Shown piece by piece: positions 55,006-64,000 of a stretch of 64,000 bases of DNA (position 1 is its first letter; each line of letters opens with the position of its first letter). The stretch is from an uncultured Methanomicrobiaceae archaeon. Its GTDB lineage: Archaea; Halobacteriota; Methanomicrobia; Methanomicrobiales; Methanoculleaceae. The notes beneath the pieces were generated by a model that worked only from the letters and a program-made list of their open reading frames with translations, had not been told where the DNA came from and did no database searches. The translations under genes and the position numbers were made by a program. The stretch is from contig CAWGXH010000004.1 in assembly GCA_963826525.1 (NCBI GenBank), positions 544,001 through 608,000 on the forward strand. Direction: 5' to 3'.

Positions 55006-56147
55006 TGGAAGGCCTTGCCATCGGACTCGCTCTCTGCCTGGTCCTCGCCCTCGTCTCGCGCAGCCTCTCCCTCCCACCGATCCCGTTCTATATCCTTGGG
55101 GGTCTCGCCATAGGCAGATCCGGGCTCGCTCTCGTGGAACCTACCATACTTTCCGACTACTTCACCGAACTCGGCCTCATCTTCCTGCTCTTCTACATCG
55201 GCCTCGAACTGAAGCCCGGTGAGCTGCTGCGGCAGCGCGGATCGATCCTCCGGGTCGGATGGATCGATCTGCAGATCAACCTGGTCGTCGGCTTCATCGC
55301 CGCCCTTGCACTCGGGTTCTCTCCCTTCGAGTCATTCGTGGTAGGCGCAGCGTTCTATGTCAGCAGCTCCGCGATTGCGTTCGCCCATCTCATCGAGAAC
55401 CGGCGGTTCATCCTCCGCGAGACGGAGACGATCGTCTGGCTGATGCTCGTCGAGGACTTCGTCCTCGTCCTGATCATTATTATCCTCCACGCTGGCGAGA
55501 CGTCTCCGATCGCCATTCTTACCGGAACGGTCTTTCTTGCGGGGCTCTTCTTCGCCATCTCCCGGTGGGGAAAGGAGCTGATCGGCGGCGTGCTCGACCG
55601 TGACGACGAGGTACCGGTGCTCCTGACATTCTCCGCCGTCATCTGCTCCGCGTTCTTCGCGAGAGCAGTCGGCATCCCCGAGGCAGTGGTCGCCATCGCC
55701 CTCGGCGCCGCTCTCGCCACGACGAGCCCGACACTCCTCGAACGGCACGCAAAACCCTTCAGGGACGTCTTCCTCGCACTATTCTTCGTCTTCTTCGGTA
55801 TCTCGGTCGATTTTGCCGGGAGCCCCGGGATCGTACCCATTGCTGCCCTCGGTATCCTCGCCGTAGCCAGCAAACTCATCTCCGGGATGCTCATCGGACG
55901 GATGGTTTACGGGTCCTCCGTGGCCGGCATAGAGATAGGGAGCACCTCGATTGCACGAGGAGAGTTCTCGATCATCCTTGCCGCACTCTGTGGATCCGCC
56001 ATGGTATCGTCCACCATCGCGGCGCTGGTCATCATGACGTCCATCACCGGGCCGTTTGCTGCTCAGTACAGCCGCCTCCTCAAAAAGCACTGGATCCGGT
56101 TCCACTCCCGCCATGCCCTGACCGGCATCACATCGTTCCTTCCTTGA
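55005..56147 (+). CDS. CPA2 cation:proton antiporter
   Basis: LGLIFLLFYIGLE, SSSAI, ED, FFVFFG, RGEFS. Confidence 0.92.
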   Translation: MEGLAIGLALCLVLALVSRSLSLPPIPFYILGGLAIGRSGLALVEPTILSDYFTELGLIFLLFYIGLELKPGELLRQRGSILRVGWIDLQINLVVGFIAALALGFSPFESFVVGAAFYVSSSAIAFAHLIENRRFILRETETIVWLMLVEDFVLVLIIIILHAGETSPIAILTGTVFLAGLFFAISRWGKELIGGVLDRDDEVPVLLTFSAVICSAFFARAVGIPEAVVAIALGAALATTSPTLLERHAKPFRDVFLALFFVFFGISVDFAGSPGIVPIAALGILAVASKLISGMLIGRMVYGSSVAGIEIGSTSIARGEFSIILAALCGSAMVSSTIAALVIMTSITGPFAAQYSRLLKKHWIRFHSRHALTGITSFLP

Positions 56148-56198
56148 GAACATTTTTTATCCCCGCCGTTCCATCCCGATTGCGGCCGCGGGGGAGAG

Positions 56199-56646
56199 AT
56201 GAAGAAGATCAGATCCGAGATCGTCATCAACGCACGCCCGGAAGAGGTCTGGGCGATACTGATCGATTTTGGGGCATATCCTGACTGGAACCCGTTTATC
56301 AGGTCGATATCCGGCGAGGCAAGAACCGGGTCGTGCCTCGAGGTTCACATCCAGCCACCGGGGTGGAGAGAGATGATCCTCCGGCCGAAGGTTCTCCGGG
56401 CGGTCCAGAGCCATGAGCTGCGCTGGATCGGGCGCCTCCTGGTCGCGGGGCTCTTTGACGGGGAGCACCGGTTCACCCTTGAACCGCAGGGGGAGGAGAA
56501 GGTCAGGTTCATTCAGGCGGAGCTCTTCTCCGGACTGCTCGTTCCCATCTTCTCCAGAGTCATCGCAGATACGAAATGGGGATTTGTGGCGATGAACCAG
56601 GCGTTGAAAGAGCGTGCCGAGGCAGGCTCACCTGGCAGAGAGATAG
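56199..56646 (+). CDS. SRPBCC/START domain protein (stop probably shifted by an indel)
   Basis: I.INA.PE.VW..L.DF..YP.WNP, DGEH.F, MNQALK.RAE. Confidence 0.78.
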
Positions 56647-56719
56647 GACGGAACCTGCAGGAGACCGCCACGCTCATGTCAGCAGGGTTTATCCCTGTTC
56701 GCACACATTTTTGGTTATC

Positions 56720-57561
56720 ATGCAGCTCTCCGTGCTCGTCGACAATGCAACCCTCATCGATCGCTACTTCACCGCCGAACCCGGGCTCTCGTTCTATATC
56801 GAGGAAGGCGAAAAACGGGTGCTCTTCGATGCGGGCTACTCCGGAATTGTCATCGAGAACGCCCGGAAGATGGGGATCGATCTCCTCCGGCTCGACGACG
56901 TCGTCATCTCGCACGGTCACCTCGACCATACGTGGGGACTCGACGCACTTATCAGGCTGTATACCGAGGCGGCGTTCGAGGGGAGAGTACACGGAAAGCC
57001 GACGTTCATCGCCCACCCCGATGCCTTCCTGACGCGCAGCGTCGCCGGTATCGGGGAGATCGGGTGTCATCTCTCAGGTAGAGGAACTCTTCCGCCACGG
57101 CACGGTGCTTCTCACTGCCTCACCCCTCTGGCTTACGGAGAACCTGGTCTTCCTCGGCCAGATAGAGCAGCGGTTCGACTTCGAGGTATCACCCCCTATC
57201 GGCGAGATATATACAAGCGAGGGTGTGCAGGAGGACATGGTCGTCGACGACAGCGCGCTCGCCTGCAGGACGCAGGACGGTCTCGTCATTGTGACCGGCT
57301 GTGCGCATACCGGAATCTGCTCGACCGTCGAGCAGGCGAAGGAGATTCTGCGGCGACGACCGGATCGTCGACATCATCGGCGGATTCCACCTCCTCGACC
57401 CCTCCCCGGAGCGTCTCGCGGGCACCGTCGAGTATCTCCGCGATTGTGCGCCCCGGGCGGTGCACGCCTGCCACTGCACCGACCTTGCCTCGAAGGTCGC
57501 CCTTGCCCGGGTGGTGAACCTCAAAGAGACCGGCGTCGGGCTGCAGCTCTCCTGGTGGTGA
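56720..57561 (+). CDS. Metallo-beta-lactamase fold hydrolase, COG1237-like (two frameshifts)
   Basis: LFDAG, SHGHLDH, TGCAH, GGFHL, HCT. Confidence 0.85.
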
Positions 57562-57567
57562 CGGCGA

Positions 57568-60434
57568 TCAGGCGGAGAGAGCGGCGAGAGCCGGGATCTC
57601 CCCGTACTGCTCCTCATAGGCCATCACCGCCCGTGGCGCCCCGAGAAGGAGTCTCCGGGCCGAGTTATAGACGGACGGCGTCTTCTCCGGATCGAGGGTT
57701 GCAAGGAGATCGACGAGGATCCGCACCACCGGCACGTGGTAGCGCTCCTCCATCCGGTCGATGAACGCGAAGGCATCGAGCGCCCGGACGGTGCTGTACT
57801 CGTTGATCGGTGCGAGCCGGATCAGCACCTCCGTCAGGTACGCACGCCCCGCCGCGGTCTCGAGCGACTGCCGCCGGTTCAGGGCGAACCGGGCATAGAG
57901 TGCCCGTTGTTCGTTCGCCTGCTCGATGCGGAAGGCATCCGAGGTCTCGATCCGCCGGAGGAGCGCCACAAGATCCGCAGCGTCGCTTGCGGCCGTGGTG
58001 GCGAGAAACGTCTCCCAGGCAACGAGGTTCCGGCGTGACTCCTCGAAGAATGCGGTGAAGACATCCATTCGATCCGGTGCCGTGCTCTCGAGGTACAGGC
58101 GAAAGGCGACGAGCCGGTCGGTGGCGGCGGTCGCCTCCTCGAACTGCTCGCGGATGAGCCGGTGGCCCTCGGGGGTGTCGCGAGCGGCGAGCAACGCGAG
58201 GCCTGCATTCTTCACCTGGCGCCGCTTGATCGCCTCGATCTCGCGGTCACTGTACGAGCCGTCTTTTCGTGCCGGCTCCGCGTAGCGGCGGTATACCTCC
58301 AGCAGCGTCTCCCCGTGCCGTTCCGCGACCGCTCTATACAGGCGGCGGCGGGCGTCTGCAAGAGCACGGTAGCGGTGGGCGAACCGCTCGTCACCCACCG
58401 ACTCGAAGATCGTCATGAACTGCCCGCCGGCCTCGTCCATAAGGGCGGCATCGCCGATGAGGGTTACGTACAGGTCTGCAAACCTATCGGACGGGTGTGC
58501 CGCAGGGTCGATGATCGAGCTGCACCTTCTCCGCGTCGGCGAGCCGGGAGAAAGCGATGAACCGGTTCACCATATCGGAGTCCTTCACGGCCTGGAGGGC
58601 GAGCTCCTCGCCGTCCGCCGTATCCGCGACCGTTCCGTAGAAGGAGTAGCCCCGGTTCAGCGAAAGGAACGCAGGAACATCCACATCCTCGAGGACGACC
58701 CGCTCCTCTTCCCCGGTCACCCGGATAGTCCGCTCGACGATATCGCTCCCGTCCCACCCGACCAGGGCGAACCGGAAGGGAAACTCCCAGATCCGGCCGT
58801 TCGGCAAACGGCTCTGACGCAACGAAAGGGTGAACCGCCGGGCATCAGCGTCGTACGAAGAGGCCGCGGTGACGGTCGGATACCCGATCTCCTTCAGCCA
58901 GACCTCCGCCATTCCTGATAGGTCGAGCCCCGAGACCTCCTCCATGCACCTGACCCAGTCCGCACGGGATGCGTTGGCATGCCGGTAGCGGGTGTGGTAG
59001 CAGGCAAGCCCGACCGCGAAGGTCTCCTCGCCCATAAGCGTCTCGATCATCCTGACGACCTCGGGAGCCTTGACGTAGGTCACCCCCGTGATCAGGTCGT
59101 TCGGATCATTGAACCCGTCCGGCTCGATCGGCATGGAGCCTGCTCCCCGGTCAAGGACGAGCGTGCCGTCCTCCGGCGAGAGGAGGGTGAGCACGGTCGC
59201 AAGGCGTGTGTAGGCCTCGCCGAAGAGGAACGCGTGGTACTGCTCTTCAACGTGAACCGTGACCGCCTCGTTGAGCCAGATCTCAAACGGGCTCCTCCCG
59301 GTCACCTCCGAGCCGTTTAAGTTGTGGTAGAACTCGTGCACCTTCACCCGGATCATATAGTCAAACGCCGTATCGGTCATCTGCGCGAAAGGCATGATCC
59401 GGTTCGTGACGATCGTGGTATTCCCGACGTTCTCCATCCCGCCGAAGTCCGAGTTCTGCATCCCGATCTCCCGGTATACCGACCCGGTATAGGCGTACCC
59501 GGTGGTTATCACCGCCGCGCGTTCGGCAAGCACCGCCCGGCACCGTTCGAGTGCTTCCGGATCGTTTTCCGCCTCTTTGATCGAGTCGCGGCGCCGGACG
59601 AGATTCCAGATATCCCGCCGGCTCTCCCGATCCCGGTACTGTCCGGGACCGGTGAAGAGATGCACCCACATGATCGCATCGGCGAGGATCTCGAGCGCCC
59701 GCCCGGCAGGAACCGGATCTGACCCGGGCGGAACCAGCAGCTCGAGCATGAACTGCCGGCCGTCGGGATACTCGACCTCGCGGCGGAACGTAGCGTAGGT
59801 GCCGACCCCGAGGAAGAAGAGGTAGGGAGGCATCGGGGTCTTCATGTTCGCATACGCGACAGTGCTCCGGTTCAGCCCGAGATAGACCCGAGGACCGGCG
59901 GGATCGCCGTTCGTGATCATATTCGTATAGTTATAGTCGGCGACGATCGTCGTCGTATAGGTGCATTTTGCGGTCATATCGTCAAGGCAGGGGACGAGCC
60001 GCTGGAATCCCCACTGCTGGCACTGGGTGATCTGGGTAGGCGGGGCGCCGGGCGGGGTCTCGTCGTAGTAGAGCCCTTCGAGAACATGCCGGGTCGGGCG
60101 GCAGATCGTCTCGGTGGTGATCGTAAACCGGGTGCGGGGCGGCACCGGCGGCGCGAAGCCGACGGAGAGGGTGGCCCGCTCCCGGTCGTAGGCGTAGGTG
60201 ACACCATACCCCTCGGAGGCGACGCGGAGGATATCGAGATCCTTCGCGTTCAGGTCGAGCGTGGCGAGCGGCGTATCCAGTGTCTCCGCCGTCAGGTCGC
60301 GAGACGACGCGGGTATGCCCGTCGTAGATGTCGAATGTCAGATCCATATGCACGACGGTGACCGGAAGCACCCCGAAGTCACCCGGCCGGTACTTGAAGA
60401 GAGAGGTGGTGGTATCGGAATTCTGTTGGTTCAT
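57568..60434 (-). CDS. pepN: M1 aminopeptidase N (frameshifts near 60300 and 58500)
   Basis: TQCQQWGF, GGMEN, HEFYH...LNE, YVKA; C-terminal helical domain in 57568..58440. Confidence 0.88.
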
Positions 60435-60997
60435 TGCCGCTTCACGCTTCCGTTCCGGGACACTCGGACTCCCCGGTGATCTTCCGGAGGGCTGCCCGGG
60501 CAGCGTAGCGAACCTCCGGCTCGTCGTCTTCGAGCGCTGCCGTGAGCGGTTCTCTGGCACGCGGATCGCCGAGCTTCCCGAGCGCCTCGGCCGCCGCCAT
60601 CCGGACGTCCTTCTTCCGTTCGACGAGGAGCGGGATGACCGGCTCGACCGCCCGCCGATCGCCGATCTCGCCGAGCGCCCATGCCGCACCGCGCCGCACC
60701 CACCGTTCGGGGTCGGCCAGAAGAGCGATCAGCGGTTCCACCGCCCGCGGGTCCTGCAGTTTGCCGAGCGCGAGGGCGACGACCCACCGGACCTCATCGG
60801 AGGGATCCTGGAGGGCCCGTACCAGCGGTTCGACGCCAAGCGGGTCTCTGCACCTCCCGAGCGCTTCGGCCGCACGCAGGCGGTAGGGAACACTCTCGTC
60901 GTCGAAGCTGCCGGATCAGGATCTCAAAACTCTCCTTCTCCCGTCTCTCTTTCTCGGCGAGGACTCGTTTCGCCGGGCTCTCCCTATCCATCACCAA
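60431..60997 (-). CDS. HEAT/PBS-lyase repeat protein (frameshifted)
   Basis: Repeats of VR..AA.ALG.LGD.RA.EPL. Confidence 0.8.
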
Positions 60998-61055
60998 TCA
61001 CCGTTCCTTCCCATATGCCGCTCATTACAAGGTAGTTGCGGTCTTGCCCGGCCGG

Positions 61056-61415
61056 TCATTCGTCGATCTCCTCGGCTTCGGAGATGACGTCGAAGGAGAG
61101 CAGGCGGAAGTTGTAGAATCGCCCGTCGTTCGTGTCGAACTCAAGAAACACCATCAGCCCGTACTCCTCGGAGATCCAGAGCGATGACATTCCATCCTCC
61201 CCGAAGGGATAGTACTCAAAGCCGAGCCTCTCGAGTTCGCCCTCGATGGCGGCATCGTGCTCCATATCCACCGCCATCTCGTAGGTCTTGCTCAGGGGAA
61301 AGTTACGCTCCTCCAGGGCAGAGACCTGAAACCGGGCAGACTGCTCCTGCAGGGCTGTCCCTTCAAGAACAGCCTGAATACGATGGATAACCTCATCCAC
61401 CTCATCAAACGGCAT
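61056..61415 (-). CDS. Acidic hypothetical protein
   Basis: Clean ORF with typical codon use. Confidence 0.6.
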   Translation of the reverse strand: MPFDEVDEVIHRIQAVLEGTALQEQSARFQVSALEERNFPLSKTYEMAVDMEHDAAIEGELERLGFEYYPFGEDGMSSLWISEEYGLMVFLEFDTNDGRFYNFRLLSFDVISEAEEIDE

Positions 61416-61641
61416 CAGATCGTATTGGGCTGCACCGGTATATCTCTGTTAAGGGTTCACCGGTCGGCAGTCACGCCGTGAGAAACATTCTTTCCCGGAT
61501 ACCGGACAGAGGTCATCAAACACCCGTCCGGAACGCTGCCCTGCGGTGGAACGTTCCGCAGATACCGATAAGATTGAATCATCCGGATATTCTGACGCAA
61601 ATAACGAAACAATAAAAAATACGGGCGTCGATACCTCGCTA

Positions 61642-62124
61642 ATGGCACCAGGCAGGCTCAAGATCGTAGTCTTCGGCGGGTTCAACGCCGGCAAGTCGAC
61701 ATTCGTGCACGCACTCGATACCGAAGCTCGCCACATCGAGGCCAGGACCGAGGGAGGGACGACGACGGTGGCGTTCGACTTCGGCCGGCTCACGCTGCTC
61801 GGCCAGAGGATCTACGTCTTCGGGACGCCGGGGCAGGAGCGTTTTGAGTTTGTCCGGGAGATCCTCTCGCGCGGCATGGACGGAGCGATCATCGTGGTGG
61901 ATGCGACGGCGGGCATCGATGCAACGACGCTGCAGGTGTACACTTGGCTGAAGGAGAAGCAGATGCCTATCGCCGTCATGCTGAACAAATGCGACCTTCC
62001 GGGCGCAGCCCCCGACAGACTCATGGATGAACTCTCCGGGGAGACGGTCCACCGGATATCAGCACGGAGCGGGGAGAACGTTCATGCTGCAATGCATGCC
62101 TTCGTTGCCTCGCTGATCGCATAG
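61642..62124 (+). CDS. Small MglA-like GTPase
   Basis: G1 GGFNAGKST, TTVAFDFG, GTPGQERF, NKCD, SAR. Confidence 0.88.
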   Translation: MAPGRLKIVVFGGFNAGKSTFVHALDTEARHIEARTEGGTTTVAFDFGRLTLLGQRIYVFGTPGQERFEFVREILSRGMDGAIIVVDATAGIDATTLQVYTWLKEKQMPIAVMLNKCDLPGAAPDRLMDELSGETVHRISARSGENVHAAMHAFVASLIA

Positions 62125-62174
62125 GAGCGATGATTATTACTGGTACCGGGTTCACCTTCTGAGGGCAGGATCTG

Positions 62175-63008
62175 GTGGCAATGATCGGACAGAAGTATCT
62201 TCAGGATATATCCCGCTCCCTCTCCGTTTTCTTCGAGAGCGGAAGCGCAGACGACCTGATATCCTGCCTGGTCGGCGGCAGCAACCTCCCGGGAACCCGG
62301 GCAAACCTGGAGCTCGCCGGCGCCTTTGCAAAAACCGTCAGGGAGTATGCCGTGCACGATGCCGACGATCGGCGTATCCTCTGGAATCTCTGCGTGGAAC
62401 TTGCATCCATCGCCCCCGACGATGCACCGACAGGCGACCCGCACGAGTTCCTCTCGTTCTGCGGTATCCGCGGCATCGGGGCGATCGGCTCGATATCACC
62501 GGCGTTCGCCGACCTCGCACTCTCGCAGCTCCACGAAGCCTCCGCCGATCCCCGCTGGCGGGAGCGGGAGGCAGTGGCGATGGGACTTGCCGATATGATC
62601 GCGGCGGTCAGGGAAAAGACTCTTGCCGAGCTCGAGAACTGGGTTGAAAGCGGTGCCTGGCTCCCGATGCGGGCGGCGGCGGCAGGGGTCGCCGATCCGG
62701 AGCTCCTCAAAGACCCTGCGGTCACCGAGGCGGCGTTGAAGATCCACCGGAAGATCCTGATCCGGGTATACACTGCCGTGGATCCCTGCTCCGGGGAGTT
62801 CACCGTGCTTCGGAAGGGGCTCGGCTATACACTGAGCGTCGTCGTCAGCGCCCGGCCTGAGGAGGGATTCGAGTACCTCCGCCAGCTCGCGGAGCTTGAC
62901 AATACCGATATCAGGTGGATCGTAAAGGAGAATTTAAAGAAGAGCAGGCTTGCGAAGCAGTTCCCCAAAGAGACCGCCGCCATACGCGATATCCTCCTGC
63001 AGGGCTGA
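62175..63008 (+). CDS. HEAT-like repeat hypothetical protein
   Basis: SNLPG.RANLEL, DPRWREREAVAMGL, KENLKK.RL. Confidence 0.7.
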   Translation: MAMIGQKYLQDISRSLSVFFESGSADDLISCLVGGSNLPGTRANLELAGAFAKTVREYAVHDADDRRILWNLCVELASIAPDDAPTGDPHEFLSFCGIRGIGAIGSISPAFADLALSQLHEASADPRWREREAVAMGLADMIAAVREKTLAELENWVESGAWLPMRAAAAGVADPELLKDPAVTEAALKIHRKILIRVYTAVDPCSGEFTVLRKGLGYTLSVVVSARPEEGFEYLRQLAELDNTDIRWIVKENLKKSRLAKQFPKETAAIRDILLQG

Positions 63009-63039
63009 TCGGCTGCAGCTGAGAAGGGAGGCGGCAGGA

Positions 63040-63780
63040 TCATCCCACAATCGCCGATGCCTTCTCATCGAACGGGTTTGTCCGCATGGCAAGCGAGAAG
63101 AGGTAGGGGTAGTTCTTCTGCAGGTACTGCATGTAGTCGAGCCACTGGTGAACAAGGAGGCGGTAGACCCGGTCGATATCGCCGCAGAGGTGCGTAAGGT
63201 CGGTATCCGGCAGCAACTCGAATCCCTGGCGGCGCTCGAGCTCTTCGGTGAGGTGGAAGACGGCGCGGAGGAGTTCAGTGAAGGATTCGTGCTCGAGCAG
63301 CATCGGGTTCTCGAGCATACGCAGCATGAGATCCTCCCGTGAGGCGAGGAACTGCTTCAGCCCTGCGAGATCAATCCGGTCGATTGCAACGTCGTACGAG
63401 TAGGTGCGTAACTCCCTGTCCACCTTCCGGAACGTCTCCTCGGTCCAGTCGTCCGAGACGATCAGGCCGGTCTTGATCTCTGCAAGGTGCGGATCGTTAT
63501 CGGAGAGGTAAGTCAAAAGCTTCGTCCCGACCGCCGAAAAGAAGGTCCCGATGACCATATTCAGTTTTTCAAGCCTCTTGCGCCTGTCCCGGAGATCGAG
63601 CATCTGGTGGATGACGAGCGTCACCAGCAGCACCTCGAGAGGGACGAACGCGATATCGCCGAGCGTATAGATCCCGATATGATGGAGATCGTGGAATATG
63701 AGATAGTGGAGGCCGTAGAGCCCGATGGAGAGAGTGATGAGCCCTGCCGCAACGGCGATCAGCCAGTGAGAATCCTTCAT
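63040..63780 (-). CDS. Hypothetical membrane protein
   Basis: Two N-terminal TMs, KLNMVIGTFFS, NPF tail; start uncertain. Confidence 0.7.
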   Translation of the reverse strand: MKDSHWLIAVAAGLITLSIGLYGLHYLIFHDLHHIGIYTLGDIAFVPLEVLLVTLVIHQMLDLRDRRKRLEKLNMVIGTFFSAVGTKLLTYLSDNDPHLAEIKTGLIVSDDWTEETFRKVDRELRTYSYDVAIDRIDLAGLKQFLASREDLMLRMLENPMLLEHESFTELLRAVFHLTEELERRQGFELLPDTDLTHLCGDIDRVYRLLVHQWLDYMQYLQKNYPYLFSLAMRTNPFDEKASAIVG

Positions 63781-64000
63781 CCTATGCCGATCTCGACTCG
63801 CCTCCCTCATTAAGGGTGCTACCTCCCTCCGCACTCCGGCACCGCAGGCCGCTCAAGCAGGAAGAGGAGATTTCCAGGCTGAATGGACTCCGACATACCC
63901 TCCACCAGAGCAGAGGAGGGAAGGCCTGGAGGCCTCTGGCGTTCGCGCAGGGTCCTCACCGGGGTATCGGTGCTCCCGTTGCACGCATCCCCATCGACGT

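Noticed and set aside
490-60997. Widespread split genes suggesting mass pseudogenisation
   Set aside because: Fragments keep intact catalytic motifs, several indels are in homopolymers, and an essential gene is affected. This fits long-read consensus error.

Overview
GC-rich archaeal window, most consistent with a Methanomicrobiales-type methanogen (aRF1, aEF-2 with the diphthamide-site histidine, PKD/PGF-pre-PGF/DUF3344-type surface proteins). It starts with housekeeping genes (aRF1, queDEC, rps12-rps7-EF-2). A ~29 kb accessory locus follows (7.7-37 kb), and the rest is mixed transport, surface and hypothetical genes. The accessory locus is the best candidate for an undescribed system. An unnamed ~240-aa extracellular domain ('domain X') occurs five times: in three large secreted proteins and, circularly permuted, in a small protein. 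That small protein sits in a tightly coupled operon: MoxR-DUF58-VWA-BatD-like, a truncated TiaS-like DDTD enzyme, permuted X, and a dedicated ECF transporter (S, A-A', T). All four transcription units share a TTAA-N9/10-TTAA box whose outer edge lies exactly 40 nt from the TATA box, and three also share a ~100-nt leader. A full-length group II intron with matching EBS1/IBS1 sits in the divergent promoter region next to a hairpin-dense non-coding element. Caveat: many genes, including essential aRF1, carry single-base frameshifts, which are most likely long-read consensus errors. Split ORFs were joined by eye, and family assignments come from motif recognition, not database searches.
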